From Picochlorum sp. SENEW3 (Eukaryota): DNA of 64,000 nt. This document shows, in pieces, positions 34,467 through 47,230 of this stretch. The stretch spans positions 62,001 to 126,000 of the forward strand of contig CP120461.1 in assembly GCA_034226945.1 (NCBI GenBank), given 5' to 3'. Position 1 is the stretch's first letter; each line of letters opens with the position of its first letter. A model generated the notes under the pieces. The model searched no databases. It saw only the letters and a list, made by a program, of their open reading frames with translations, and was not told where the DNA came from. The position numbers were made by a program, and so were the translations under genes.

Positions 34467-35093
34467 TCATTCATCGTCACTGCAACTGCTATCATCATCG
34501 TCATACAGGGCCAATTTCTTCCCAGGCTTTTTCAATTCGCCCACGGGAGCTCGAGCCAATCCAGCTGAGACGGCCACCTTGACATCCTGTCGGGTCTTTT
34601 TCGCCATATCCTTTACTTCTTGGACATCTACTTCTACATCTACGTCTGGTTTCTGCACGGATTTCTTCACATACTCCATCGCCACCTTTTCCAATTCCCT
34701 CTCCTGTGCCTGGCTCTGCCAGGTCCTCAGCTTGGCCTCTGCAGTCTTGTGCCTCACCCTCCTCCCTTGCAGGTCTCGACATGCGTCTATATTGTCCGTC
34801 ATCTTATGTTTACCAGCAGCCTTGAGGTTAGAACCAAAACCACCCTTTCCACCCACGAGTGGAAGAACACAGTGGACCATTGCGCCGTGCTGTAGGGTGT
34901 CTAGAGATGACCGACACACATTCTTCCCCGAACTCGTGTACACAGACACCTCTATTGTATCAGAGTCTATATTTTCTACATTTTTCTGTATCCTATGAAC
35001 CAAAGAAGAGGGCGTATCTTCCTGTGTAACGTCGACAGTGGCAGTTGTTCCATGCGTGGACGTGACTATGAGTTGTTTGAAGAGCCCAGGCAT
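34467..35093 (-). CDS. SDE2: SDE2 ubiquitin-fold splicing/replication-stress factor
   Basis: UBL followed by LVGG|KGGFGS cleavage motif and NIDACRDLQGRR. Confidence 0.88.
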   Translation of the reverse strand: MPGLFKQLIVTSTHGTTATVDVTQEDTPSSLVHRIQKNVENIDSDTIEVSVYTSSGKNVCRSSLDTLQHGAMVHCVLPLVGGKGGFGSNLKAAGKHKMTDNIDACRDLQGRRVRHKTAEAKLRTWQSQAQERELEKVAMEYVKKSVQKPDVDVEVDVQEVKDMAKKTRQDVKVAVSAGLARAPVGELKKPGKKLALYDDDDSSCSDDE

Positions 35094-35283
35094 TGTTACT
35101 CTATTTATAACAATGTCTGGTTGAACATTTACACACGACACGTGTTATTGTCAATAATAATAATCAGAATGACATCAGCATCAAGGACGCGCATTCAAGT
35201 CCCAATGCATTGGGACTTGAAATCAATTCACAGTGATGCATGCATGAATTTTATTTTCACAATAATAACATATATTTTCATAG

Positions 35284-35994
35284 ATGTCAGCTGATACGAA
35301 AACAAAGCGTGGGGCCAAGGGGAAAAAGGCTGTAGCAAAGGCGGACCATGCAGACGACGAATTGAGCAATGTTGTGTACGTAGGACACATCCCTCATGGC
35401 TTTTATGAAAAGCAGATGAAAGATTATTTCTCTCAATTCGGACATGTGGCCAAGATTAGACTTTTGAGGAATAAAAAGACTGGGAAGAGCAAGCACTATG
35501 CATTCCTGCAGTTTCACACGACAGAGGTGGCCGAGATTGTGGCTGATGCTATGAATGGCTACCATTTTTTCGGTCAAAAATTAGAGGTGAAAGTTATGAG
35601 AAAGGCAGATGTCCACGAAGAATTGTTTAAAGGGGCGAATAGAGTGTTCCGAAGGATTCCTTGGAGGGAGATTGAGGTGAAGCGCCACAATAAGGAAAGA
35701 ACAGAGGAGGAGGAAAAGAAGAGAGCAGATAGAATGGCACGATTGAACCGAAAGAGGGCTCAGAGGATTGCAGAAGCAGGCATAGAGTACACATTTGATC
35801 CTTTGGAAGATGAGGATGAAGTGCCTGTGGATGCCTCAACGGAGAAAAAGCAGAAGAAGCAGAAGAAAGCAAAACGCACTGTAGTCGAAAAGGTAATTGA
35901 AAAGAAGAAGGAACCAAAAAAGCCAGCGAAGAAGAGTAGACAATCACCTGTGGTAGGCCGCATCACCAGAAGCAGAGCCAAAAAGATGACATGA
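35284..35994 (+). CDS. NIFK: Nucleolar RRM protein (NIFK/Nop15)
   Basis: VVYVGHIPHGFYE.QM..YFSQFG, RNKKTGKSKHYAF, VHEELFKGAN. Confidence 0.9.
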   Translation: MSADTKTKRGAKGKKAVAKADHADDELSNVVYVGHIPHGFYEKQMKDYFSQFGHVAKIRLLRNKKTGKSKHYAFLQFHTTEVAEIVADAMNGYHFFGQKLEVKVMRKADVHEELFKGANRVFRRIPWREIEVKRHNKERTEEEEKKRADRMARLNRKRAQRIAEAGIEYTFDPLEDEDEVPVDASTEKKQKKQKKAKRTVVEKVIEKKKEPKKPAKKSRQSPVVGRITRSRAKKMT

Positions 35995-36422
35995 CCTTGG
36001 TTTCACATTTGTTATTACACGCAAAAGGGTAAAAAACGTTGCAAAATTAAGTGTACTAATTTTTTTGCTCTACATAAAATCTGTTGTTGTTGTGGACTCA
36101 TGCCTACCACACCTGCTGGCGTGTGAACATGTCCATGGAGAAAAGGCACTCATTTCCTTGTCTACGTTCAAATACGTTACCTTGCTTGACGTATCTAGCA
36201 TTCATCTTCAAAGGCAAGGGCATTGCCAAAAGAAAGAAAAGGAGAAAGAAGAAAAGATAACAACCAAAATGCATCCAAGCATGCATGAGATATGGCTCAT
36301 CCATCCCTGCATGAAAAACTCAAATCCAGCTGTACCAACGAGCTCCGTCTGAATGTATGTTATCTCAGGCTGATGTTTTCAGAAGATTCATTAAAATTGC
36401 GCAACGCAGATGGAAAAATGCC

Positions 36423-37477
36423 CTAGAGAGTTATGGGCTTTGCGTCACCAAGTCCCAACATGTTCACATTGGATGGGCTAGATTCACAGGAATCTGATGG
36501 CTTGGTGGGGCACGCTTTTACGCGAAGCTTTTTCGAAGCAGGCTGGTGAGCTGCTTTATCACTCTCAAAAGCAGAATTGATGCTCGCTACTGCAGCTTCA
36601 TAATCAAGAGACAATGCCAACTTTGGCTTCCTCACTCTCTTGCTAGTCTGCATAGCCTTTGAAGAAAGGCCATCGCATTTCTCCACATTGGAAGAATTCT
36701 GACGAATTATCTCAGTCTCTAATTCGTAGAATCCACCTACGGCGGATACCAAGAGATCTTCGTCCTCTTCCTCAGAGGCACCTCCCAAGGTTCCGTCCTT
36801 CTGGACACTCAAGGTCTTCCAAGCACTTGTTGCCGTGTTTCTTCTAGGAGAGACTCGTGCATTGGCGGTGTGAGTGCTTTTATCAGACTCGTTCTCAGAC
36901 ACAGCCTTAATATCATACTCGTTCAACTTCAAAAAGTTCAAAACCTCTGGGTCCAAGTGTCCCATCACATCAGACAGATCTACTGCAAAAGCAATGCCAA
37001 CCAACGATGTCAGTCGTGCATCCACGGTATCAGATTGCGTTATAGTATCATTAAATGACCGAATAACCCCCTCAAACATGCTCAACAAAGCCCAGTCAAA
37101 GCGCGTTCGCCGACCGAATGTCATCGGCGAACAACTGCCAAGACAAAGCATTCCAGCAATGGTCACCCATCCACCCCATTAATTATGCAATCTCATGTAC
37201 AGTGCAACATACCTTCGCCAAATGGACTGGAAAAACCAGCATACGGTGGAACTGCCCCCGCCACCCGACCCCGCATATACGGGGACGACTCCAACGAGAA
37301 CACCTGCATCGATTCCTGAGCTCCTTTGCTTGCCAACTGTTCACTCGAGCCAAATGAAAAACTTCCACCCAGAGATGGATACATATAATCCTTTGGATCC
37401 AGGCTTGTTACGGATTCTAGGGCACTCTGCGGAACACCGAGAGACGAGCCCAGTCCTGCGTAGATATTCTTGCTCAT
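36423..37477 (-). CDS. Hypothetical Ser-rich protein; probable intron ~36983-37212
   Basis: Two ORFs joinable by GTATGT...TTGCAG; KLALSLDY motif; no firm family. Confidence 0.45.
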
Positions 37478-38010
37478 GCTGCTGGTGTGATCAAATTAAT
37501 AAAATATACAACTCTGCTCCAAAATTAAATGATAATGTGCGCAAAAGTCTCCCTTTACGCGCTCCAAAAGTTTGTTGATTGCCGGCTGATTTCCTCTCGC
37601 TTTTCAGCCTCTAGCGCCACTCTCGGGTACCGATTGTGCACCCAATCCAACGAATTTGTATTGCTATAGTAAATTAAATATTGGTGTAGGCGTCGAGGGC
37701 AGGGTGCACCCTGAATTGGTCGTTTCGCGAATTCGGCACCGTGTGCGGCACGTTTGACCCAGGACCGAGATACATGCTTGAGGGTCGACTCAAATCTCAA
37801 CTCATATTACAGTAAAAAGGTGAGCTCATGGCCATTGTGAGCACATCTGTGCCTACCGAGATCAAGTACTACTGTTAGCAGTATATTGACAGCAATAACG
37901 TTATTGGTATTACATAGAGTGATGAAATAGATATATAAATATTAATCTCTCACAATGGAGAACCGAAATGACACTCCATTACTTTGGCAGGATACCCCTG
38001 CGTATGTTAG

Positions 38011-39114
38011 TTAGAGTCTGGCATCCACAGCAACCATGCATATGTCTTTGATCTCATCAATCTTTTCTTGACTCATCGGCTTCCTATCATTCAGGGGTTT
38101 CTCTTCGACCGCGAATATCTTTGGCCAGTATTTGCCAGTCAAGTACAATCGGGATGCATCACGAGGCTTGATAGCAATGCCATTCAACACGTCAGGTCTT
38201 GGATCTGACTCTTCCGACGCATCATGGTTCTCGTCGACCTTGTCCTTTAATCCCCGAGCATCTATCCATCCGACAACCTTTCCGTTCGACGGGTCAATCT
38301 TTGCTATGCAGCTCCTTTGGTAGACGTTGCCATAAATCAAACCATCCACCCACTCCAACTCATTGATCCATACGACATCTGTTCCTTCGAATGTCACAGG
38401 GATCTGCTTCACGAGCGAAAAGTCACTGGGATCGATGAATGAGAGCACATTGCTGGAATCACTGAGAATCAAATTGGTCCCATCATCTGTGAGTCCCCAC
38501 CCATCATCCTGAGTATGTTCCTTCACCTGTCTTCTGCCCAAATCGTCGACATCGTAGACGTACGTTTCATTGGATTTCCAAATTAATTGATACAGCTTGC
38601 CGTCCAATACGGTCAATCCCTCTGCGAATTCATCAGCAGGAAGGTCTCTCGACCGAATCAGCTTTCCAGACTCAAGGTTGAATTCGGCAATTCTTGAAGC
38701 TCCATAAATACCGGCACTCGAAAAGTCACTGTATTCGCAATCGTCGCATCTTTTGTGAATTTCAATACCCTGCGTGTACACTGTCCTGTCCCTATCGAAC
38801 TCTTCCACAATCTTGTAGGATGAAAGGACTGGTCCTTCTGGCTGTGGTGATGGGGGTGTTTTGGGCTTTGGATCTGGCACCTCCACACCATCATCCTCGA
38901 ATACATCTTCTGCAAACACCACGGGAGGAGGAGGAGGAGGCGAAGGCCTCCTCTTTTTGGAGGGAGGCTTTGGTTTGCGACAACTGTCCCCCTTGTTGTT
39001 CTTCTTCTTGGGGACTCTACATTTTTTGGCCTGGACCAATGCGCCGTGTGAATCCAAGCAAGATACCAACACAAAAATAATAGCTAGCAAGAAAAAGTAC
39101 GTCCGTAGGCCCAT
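38011..39114 (-). CDS. QCT: Secreted glutaminyl-peptide cyclotransferase (plant/bacterial beta-propeller type)
   Basis: Signal peptide; YTQG, S.G.YG.S, FAEGLT, GWGLT.DG..LI.SD, INELE, DVLNGIA, TGKYWP. Confidence 0.92.
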   Translation of the reverse strand: MGLRTYFFLLAIIFVLVSCLDSHGALVQAKKCRVPKKKNNKGDSCRKPKPPSKKRRPSPPPPPPVVFAEDVFEDDGVEVPDPKPKTPPSPQPEGPVLSSYKIVEEFDRDRTVYTQGIEIHKRCDDCEYSDFSSAGIYGASRIAEFNLESGKLIRSRDLPADEFAEGLTVLDGKLYQLIWKSNETYVYDVDDLGRRQVKEHTQDDGWGLTDDGTNLILSDSSNVLSFIDPSDFSLVKQIPVTFEGTDVVWINELEWVDGLIYGNVYQRSCIAKIDPSNGKVVGWIDARGLKDKVDENHDASEESDPRPDVLNGIAIKPRDASRLYLTGKYWPKIFAVEEKPLNDRKPMSQEKIDEIKDICMVAVDARL

Positions 39115-39385
39115 GATGGACTCACGCGGTGTCTACGTGTTCTTTGTTCAAATGCGCTTCCTTGTGTCCCCTTTCCCTTTCTATTCTTTTTTTTCGTCTC
39201 TGCGTGTTCTCTGATCTTCAAAGTGCTATTCTTTACAATAATAATCAAAAGAGTATGCAACTAAGCCCTTTGGAAGCAGCTTCACAACGTTCAGCTGCCA
39301 GCTTCCACCTCGGGTTCCAAGTGATCCACAGCATCAATTGGTAATGTCACACCTACGCGAATGCATTCATTCATTCGTTCATTCA

Positions 39386-40312
39386 TCAGAGGGAGCAACT
39401 GGGTCCTAGAAATTCATGTAATCGGGGGGAAAAGACTTCATAGATGACGGTGAGGGGTTTTTGATTGTGCCAGAAGATGTATGTCCTCGCCCAGAATGGG
39501 CCCTTGCATCCAAAATGCCTGCAGTAGGAGAAAGCAATGGAGGAAAAAAGATGCCTACATCCAGTACATGATCAACGCCTGCATACCTTTCTAATTCTTC
39601 GCAGTATCCATGCTCTACTTCTATGATCTCTCTAAACAATTCTGTACGCTCTGAGCTCAGTGATGTCCATATTGGTTTGCTCTTATCCTTCAGGTACTCA
39701 TCAACCACGTCTCTCCTCCACCACGACGAAGCATACACGTACGGCCTCTCCACCTCATCAGACATTTGAAGGAAAACTTGCCGTCGGACTGTGCGGAATT
39801 CTTCTTCCATCTGAGGAATGTATGCCTTGCCTGGGATTGACTGGGCAGAAAACAGCCCCACATCTTGCATTTCTAGGCACTCAACTGTGACTGTCTGACC
39901 AGTCATAAGCTGAAGATGTCGCGTCACTGATCCATCGCTTAATAGTGTGATCTGCACAATACGATACACATGTATGAGACGTGCATAACTAATTGGACTC
40001 CATGGCACGTTTGGATACCTTCCAAGGGGGGGTCAACTGCTCAGGAAGACTTCCAGGCTGCAAGGCTTCTGCCTCGGATCCTCGCCAAATCAAATTATCT
40101 AGTCGGTAATACGCATCAGGCATCGCCCACAGGCGGTAGTGCCTCGATGGAAACCTGTAACGAAACCCACATGTGGCAATCTGGTGAGGATTACTTGTGT
40201 TGGGCGATATCTTCCCATGCCATACCACCGAGGGATTCATCCTTTGCATTTGAAAACAATGTGAATCACATCGCTTCGGTACCTGTACTAGAACATGGGC
40301 AATCAACCCCAT
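39386..40312 (-). CDS. Chorismate lyase-like / DUF98 (Ycf21 family) protein, probably plastid-targeted; two introns
   Basis: LLSDGSVTRHL, RQVFL, YASSWW, PIW.SL; final exon PFWARTY.FWH..KPLTVIYEVFSP. Confidence 0.82.
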
Positions 40313-40406
40313 CTCCCGGTGATTGATGGCCACACAGGATGATTATTCAGTACTCAAGGTACATTGCCCCACGGTGACCCATTAATTGAAACTTACATTA
40401 TTATAG

Positions 40407-43400
40407 ATGGAATTTATAACGCTCTGTGGGAATGGGCGCATGTCCTTTCCTGGCAGATGCAGTATCGGAAGTGCCAGGCCCTTCCTAGCGTTCCAGTCGT
40501 CTACGGGTCATTTGAATCGACGATGTGTATCACAAAGAGCATCGTCTGAGAAGACTCTAGGACAATATGCACCAGTTGGTACGGGAGGAAGAGGTGTGAG
40601 GCATGTGCTCAGGGCTGCTGCGGAAACGGAGCAGTCGATTGGGGCGGAGGCTCCGACAGCGCATGCTCTCAGTTTGAAATATGGAAATAGAAATGTACGT
40701 GAATGCATTGCTGGATCTGTATGATTGCGTGTTTGTTTGACTCCACTCTTGCATGCCTCTAATTTTGTTGACGGTTGCTGGATTGGACTCATGATGACTC
40801 GCTTCTTGGTGCAGATTACATTAGAAACTGGAGAAATTGGGAGGCAAGCGTCTGCAGCTGTCATGGTGACGGATGGGGAGACGGTGCTGTACACCACAGC
40901 ATGCTCAGACAATGATTTTGCAAGTGATGGCAGTTTTGCTCCGTTGCAAATCAATTATACCGAACGATTTAGTGCAGCAGGTAGGACGAGTGGGTCTTTT
41001 TTCAAGAGGGACTCGCGTCAAAAGGAAAATGAGGTTTTAGTATCTCGCTTGGTCGATAGACCAATCAGACCCATGATTGCAGATGGCTGGCCTCATAGCA
41101 TCCAGGTTCTTCAGTGGGTGCTGTCATACGACTTTGAGAATTCTCCAGAGCCTCTTGCCATCACTGCTGCTGGTGCAGCTCTGGCGCTATCTGATGTGCC
41201 GTTGAAGAATGTCGTGGCGGGCGCTCGTGTTGGCTTGTTGAATGGTGAATTTGTGGTGAATCCAACCGTGTCGGAGACAGAGCAGAGCTCTCTTGATCTT
41301 GTCATGGCAGGGACCAAGGATGCTGTGTTGATGATTGAAGGTTTCTGTGACTTTTTGACAGAGGAGCAAATGCTGGAGGTGAGTAAACTGTCATGTAGGG
41401 TACATAGTGTGTGTGTGCTGGTGATGTGAACACTAAATCATGGCATCTATAGAAGCTTTCCTTATTTTTCTCAGAGGAAGGCACATGATACCAACATTTA
41501 GGACGGTATCTGAGGCACTTTTTTTTTAATGTCTGATAATGCATTCGTGCTGTCTTTCTTACGTGTTTGGAGCTGAGGATGAATGTGTCATGTGTGTGTA
41601 GGCGGTCCGGCTTGGACAGGAGTCGATTGCTGAGCAATGTCGATGCATCGAGTCTTGGGCTGATGAACTGGGCAAAGAGAAGCGAGTGGATGATTTGAAA
41701 ATTCCGCCAGCAGGTTTGGATGAGACCATCATGGGAATGATTGGAAATGAGATTGAAGATGCGTACAGAAATATTTCAAAGAAGAAGAGTCGATCAGAGG
41801 CTGTTGCTGTGTTTAAAGAAAGGGTGAAGGAGAAGCTCGTGATTGTCGAGGGTGAAGATGAGGATGGGAGATTCGATGCAACGACTGTTTCTATGGGATT
41901 GAAGCGAGTAGAATCTAGGGTGATGAGGAATTTAGTGATCCGTGATGGGTACAGGGCTGATGGCCGAGGTGTCAAAGATGTGAGGCCAATCTGGAGTCGG
42001 GCTGGGCTTTTGCCACGAACTCATGGATCTGCATTGTTCACACGTGGAGAGACACAGGCTGTGGCCGTCACAACATTGGGATGCAAAGCATCTGCGCAAA
42101 GAGTTGATTCAATGGCCTCTGAAGAGGACGAAGAAAGAAGGTTTTATCTGCAGTACTTTTTCCCGCCTTCTTCTGTGGGTGAGACCGGTAGGGTTGGAGC
42201 TCCAGGGAGGCGTGAGATTGGTCATGGAAATTTGGCTGAGCGTGCATTGGTACCTACTGTACCAGAGGAGAAGGAATTCCCGTATACGATTAGGGTGGAA
42301 AGTACCATTACCGAGTCCAATGGTTCTTCCTCCATGGCCTCAGTGTGTGGAGGTTGCCTCTCCATGATGGATGCAGGTATGTTTGTTTGAAAAATACTAC
42401 TATTACAGGCCTTACTTCCTTGGCGGGGCGTGACGCGTATGCGAATGATCACGACTCGAATGCATGTGGGCCTAGAGTTATCGTTGCCGAAGAAGGAGAT
42501 ATCGTAAGGGAAATTTTCCTCTCCATGGAGATTTTTCCCTTGGTTGCTCCTTCTACATCAATCGTCTATTCTTGCATACTAACGAACAACTAAATCATTA
42601 TATAGGAGTGCCCATCTCTCGAATGGTTGCTGGGGTTGCCATGGGACTGATTTTAGAACCAGATGGAAAATTTGTCGTCTTGACAGACATTCTAGGCAGC
42701 GAAGATGCTCTGGGAGACATGGACTTCAAAGTTGCTGGAGATGACAATGGTGTGACAGCTTTTCAAATGGATATTAAAGTCGAGGGAATCACTCTCGAAA
42801 TTATGGAGCAAGCACTGGCACAGGCAAAGGAAGGAAGGAAACACATCCTTGCAGAAATGAAACAGTGCAGCCCTCCCCCTAGAAATATCCTGTCACCATA
42901 CTCCCCACGAATATCATTCATGACCGTTCCAGTAGATAAAATTGGTGCTGTAATTGGATCTGGTGGCAGAACCGCCAGAGGCATTCAGGACGAGACTGGC
43001 GTTGAACTCGACTTTGACCAAGATGGCGCGCTGCAGCTCAAAGGTCCGAGCGATGAGGCTATTGAGCAATCCAAGAGTATCATTCTCAACATAATAACAG
43101 ATCCAGAACCTGGAATGGTGTATAGAAATGCAAAGGTAGTGCAGGTTACTTCATTTGGTGCCTTTGTGGAAATTGCACCCAAGAAGGATGGTCTCTTGCA
43201 TGTGAGCGAGTGGGATTTCAAACGCACAGCATCCATCGCCGATGTCGTGAAAGAAGGCGATGTTGTGGATGTCATGGTGATTGAGGTGTCAGCATCGAAC
43301 GGCAAGGTGAAACTTAGCAGAAAGGCCGTTCTCGAATTAGATGGACACAAACCACCCGAATCTGTCCTCCAAGAGGAAGAGGACAAAGAAGACTTGAATT

Positions 43401-43687
43401 TGCTCTCAAAAGAGGAGCTCAAGCCAGGGGCTATCCTCAGAAATGCAAAAGTCAAACAAGTTCAAGGCTATGGTGCTTTTGTCAATGTTGCCAAAGGGAG
43501 GGATGCTCTTCTCCACGTGAGTGAATGGGATAGTGAGCGGACAGAAGTCATGAATGACGTTGTCTCAGAAGGTGATACCGTGGATGTGATGATCCTCGAG
43601 GTGGAGCCAGATCAGAAAGGTAAGAATGGCAAAATTAGGGCGAGTCGCCGGGCAGTTATAGAACATGATAAGAGTAGTAATGAGTAA
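40407..43687 (+). CDS. PNP: Chloroplast polyribonucleotide nucleotidyltransferase; three introns; KH and two S1 domains
   Basis: LETGEIGRQAS, SRLVDRPIRP, RTHGSALFTRGETQ, RREIGHG.LAERAL, ESNGSSSMASVC, DILGSEDALGDMDFKVAG. Confidence 0.95.
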
Positions 43688-43709
43688 TGTAACATTCATT
43701 TTTTGTACG

Positions 43710-45302
43710 TCAAGGATCATGCAATGTCCTCCATGTATCTCTCAATACAGCCGTGCTTTCAAGTGCTTTCCAATCTCCTTCTCGTTCATACGTTTTTAAC
43801 AGAATATTCCATGTCGCTTCATCAGGATACACGTGGGGATTTTTTTCTAACGAGTCAAACAACTCCTTCACCCCATTCAAATCCCCTGCATCCGATCGGG
43901 CAGCCATGAGGGTATTATACGCAATTCTGTTTGGTTCAACACCCGTATCAATCATCAAATCCCACACGCTATCCGCCAAATCTCTACTCTTCACAGCCTC
44001 ATCTTTTGACACATACGGCACTGTCCTACAACATGCAATTGCCGAGGATGCAAGCTCGACTGTGATCGCCACATCATGCTCTTGTACCTGATGCAATACA
44101 AATGATACAGCTGTTCGACCAGCCTGCGACCGCCTCCCCGCCTTCAACAAGGCAACCATGGTATAACTATCAGGCCGTATACCAACCTCTTGTGTCATCC
44201 TTTTATACGCCATCAAGCACCCATTGTACTGCCGAGCAGTCGCATATGCATACAACAGTGCATTCCAATGACTTCTATTTGGCCTATCACGCCCACTATT
44301 CTCACTAAACTCGTCTAAAATTGCCTCTGCTGCTGCTGGCCATCCACACCTTGCATACCCAGATATCAACTGTAATGCCAGCGTGGCATCCGGCCTCAGA
44401 TCCACCCGTCTCAACAATCCATCCACTGTCCTCGTCTGAGACCACTTTTGCGTCGATGCCAACGCATGCATCAACGCCGAATACGTCCTCACATCAACCT
44501 GTAAATTCCCATCAAGCCGCAACTCCTCCTCTAACGCTAATGCCGTCTCCACATCTCCACAGTCTGCTGCAATCCTAATCACAATATTATACCCATATTC
44601 ATTCAGCGGAAGCCCCCGCATTTTGACCTCCTTGAGTATCCGAAGAGCCCCTTTCAAATCCTTAGAAGGACGAAACGTCTTGAGCAACCCTGCCGTGCTC
44701 AAACACCCCGGAGTAAAAGGACATTGCATCCTCGACACATTCCTCCACGCCCGCACCGCCCTCGCAGGAGGACACCTTGCCGCCTCCAAACCTTCAAACA
44801 ACTTGAGCAACGAATGCTCATTCGCCATCGCTTTCAACCGCATCCAATGAAACAATTGCTCCGCCACATCCGGACGCTTGTACTTGCCAAGAATTCGTAT
44901 ACACCAATTCAGCGTATTCACTGGCTGTTGCTCCAAAAATTCCTCATCAAACTCCCCCAACTCGACCAAATGATGCACAATCATCCCCTGACGAGACACA
45001 GGCACTGTGACAGTATTCACATCACCGCTCCTGGACTCATGCTTCTTTGTCGTCGCCTTTTTCTTCTTCTTCTTATGCTCGATTCTTTCTCGAGAGGCCA
45101 CATCCCTCGCATCATCCCCACCCCTGCCACTACTGACATGATTGTCTTTGTTCAAACCATGCTGAACAGCAAGCACACCCCGCTCCACCCTCCTTCTACT
45201 CAAGCAACACCATAAAGATGATAGTTGATATATCCCCACCAGTCCCTTTGAGTTCGGAACAGAGGCAGCATGGCTGAGAGGCATCCCTCGGCAACATCCC
45301 AT
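43710..45302 (-). CDS. Pentatricopeptide repeat protein
   Basis: ~35-aa repeats: YNIVIRI, YSALMHA, LISGYARCG, WNALLYAY, YNTLMAA, WNILLKTY. Confidence 0.9.
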   Translation of the reverse strand: MGCCRGMPLSHAASVPNSKGLVGIYQLSSLWCCLSRRRVERGVLAVQHGLNKDNHVSSGRGGDDARDVASRERIEHKKKKKKATTKKHESRSGDVNTVTVPVSRQGMIVHHLVELGEFDEEFLEQQPVNTLNWCIRILGKYKRPDVAEQLFHWMRLKAMANEHSLLKLFEGLEAARCPPARAVRAWRNVSRMQCPFTPGCLSTAGLLKTFRPSKDLKGALRILKEVKMRGLPLNEYGYNIVIRIAADCGDVETALALEEELRLDGNLQVDVRTYSALMHALASTQKWSQTRTVDGLLRRVDLRPDATLALQLISGYARCGWPAAAEAILDEFSENSGRDRPNRSHWNALLYAYATARQYNGCLMAYKRMTQEVGIRPDSYTMVALLKAGRRSQAGRTAVSFVLHQVQEHDVAITVELASSAIACCRTVPYVSKDEAVKSRDLADSVWDLMIDTGVEPNRIAYNTLMAARSDAGDLNGVKELFDSLEKNPHVYPDEATWNILLKTYEREGDWKALESTAVLRDTWRTLHDP

Positions 45303-45642
45303 ACCAGCTCCTCCTCTCTCTCCTCGTCGTCAGCGACTACTAGTCGTATCGTTCTTCCTTGTCAAAAAAACAAAGAGAAACAATCTCATAGCAGTAGTAG
45401 GAGTAGTAGTATCGTCGCATCAGGCAGCCCCAAACAAGAGTACATGGTCTTCTTCTTCTTCTTCAATGTATTCTTTTACGGAAGAAAAGATTTTCCGTGT
45501 ATAAAACATAAAAACAAGGAAATCTTTCGTCATCTAGAACCAAGACCCCCCCTCTTGAATCTCACCGACACGAGTCACCACGTAGTAAACCAAAAGAAAG
45601 AAGAATATCAGATATATACATCCCAGGTATTATCAATCAACC

Positions 45643-46451
45643 ATGATGGCCTCGACAACCACTGCCCGTCATCTCTTCGCTGCCAAGAACACGACCACCC
45701 GTGCTCGTAGTTCTTCTCACGTGTGCGCTGCTGCTCGACCAACATGGTACCCAGGTATGTGTTTAACAAGTAATTGCTACTCGCATGGCGACCCTCTGAC
45801 TGACACTCTGTGTCTCTCTGATCATGAACAGGTGCTGCTGCTCCAAAGCATTTGGATGGATCCATGCCAGGAGACTACGGATTCGACCCACTCCGCTTGG
45901 GAACCAACACCGAGGTTCTCCCATACTATAGAGAAGCCGAGTTGACCAACGGCCGATGGGCCATGGCCGCCGTGGCAGGAATCCTCTTCACTGACTTGGT
46001 GGGTGCTGGAGACTGGTGGACTGCCGGAGCCAAGGAGTATGCCTTGGACACCAAGACCCTCTTGGCCGTGGAGATTCCAGTCATGGCTGTCCTCGAAGCC
46101 CTCCGTGTCAAGGGATGGGAGAGGACCGGAGAGTCTGGTGCCTTTGGCATGCACCCATTCGACCCAATGGGCATGGCCTCTGATGAGAAGAGACTCAAGG
46201 AAATTAAAAATGCCCGTCTTGCCATGGTTGCCTTTATCGGATTCTGCTCCCAGGCTGCTGTCCAGGGAATGGGACCAATCGAATGCCTGAAGAAGCATTT
46301 GGAAGACCCAGGCCATAACAATATCTTCACCTCCTCCGTGGGAGCTGAAGCCACCGTAGCTGTCATGGCACTGTCCATTGCCCCAGTGATTATCGAGGCC
46401 AAAAAGGCCCTGGGCGATGACGATGAGGAATTCCGCCCAATCCCATGGTAA
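45643..46451 (+). CDS. LHCA2: Light-harvesting complex I protein, green-algal Lhca2 type with extra C-terminal helix; intron 45755-45831
   Basis: GDYGFDPL, EAELTNGRWAMAAVAGILFTD, EIKNARLAM, DPGHNNIFTSSVG.E followed by a fourth hydrophobic helix. Confidence 0.85.
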
Positions 46452-46535
46452 ATGTCATCCCATGCCACCAGGGGAATACAATATGCCACACACATATAAT
46501 TTTTTCTTGTTGTAAACAGAGGAATAAATATAATC

Positions 46536-47158
46536 ATGACCACGGGACTTGTCCGACTGACCCATGCGAGTCGCCCAGGCAGCATCACGCGCCATGGGCA
46601 CTGCTCTTCTTCTTCTTCTTTATCTTCCATGCTGATGGTGAAAAAAAGAGGAGGAAATCGGAATCATAATAATCATCATATTGCTGCGAGAAGACCACTG
46701 ATTGTGGGACCACGACAGGCAGGCAGTGGAGAGCCTTTTTCTTCCAACAAGGAGAATTCTCCTGCAGGAGAAGGAGAACAAGAGCATGATGATGATGATG
46801 ATGATGATGAGATTTTCAATCCTAACAATCAGGTATGAATGTTATTCATTCACGTCCATGTTTATTTCCATTCTTCTTCTACTTCATAGAAAACTACCAC
46901 TCGCATTCTTTTGATTCTGATACATTTATACATGTCTGTGTGTAGATTCCAGGCACATATAGGGATGCCATGAATAGTAAGACTGAGTTGGGTGCTGCCA
47001 TTAAGGATGCCTGTTCTGAATTAGATGCATTGAAGAATCTGGAAGAGAGTGTTATTCAAGAGGCTGAGGAGTTGTTGAAAGGGGTTGGGTTCAAAGGAAG
47101 TCTCTTCTCATCATCATCCAACCAGCAGCAAGAGGATGATGATTTTAATGAACCGTAG
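46536..47158 (+). CDS. Small hypothetical plastid-like protein; intron 46833-46945
   Basis: Splicing joins NPNNQ to IPGTYRDAMNSKTELGAAI in frame. Confidence 0.55.
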
Positions 47159-47230
47159 GCATTGTTGTTATTATTATTATTCCGAATGAATGTATATTTA
47201 TTGTTGCTTTTGCGATATGTATAGCATTGT

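Noticed and set aside
36100..36640. Possible CCT/CIA2-like domain suggested by KLALSLDY
   Set aside because: No CCT motif (R...RY.EK...R...KKIRY) found in downstream frames.
39360..39390. (CATT)n tract, and similar short GAT/TTA microsatellites at 46786-46810 and 47160-47180
   Set aside because: Ordinary short simple repeats.
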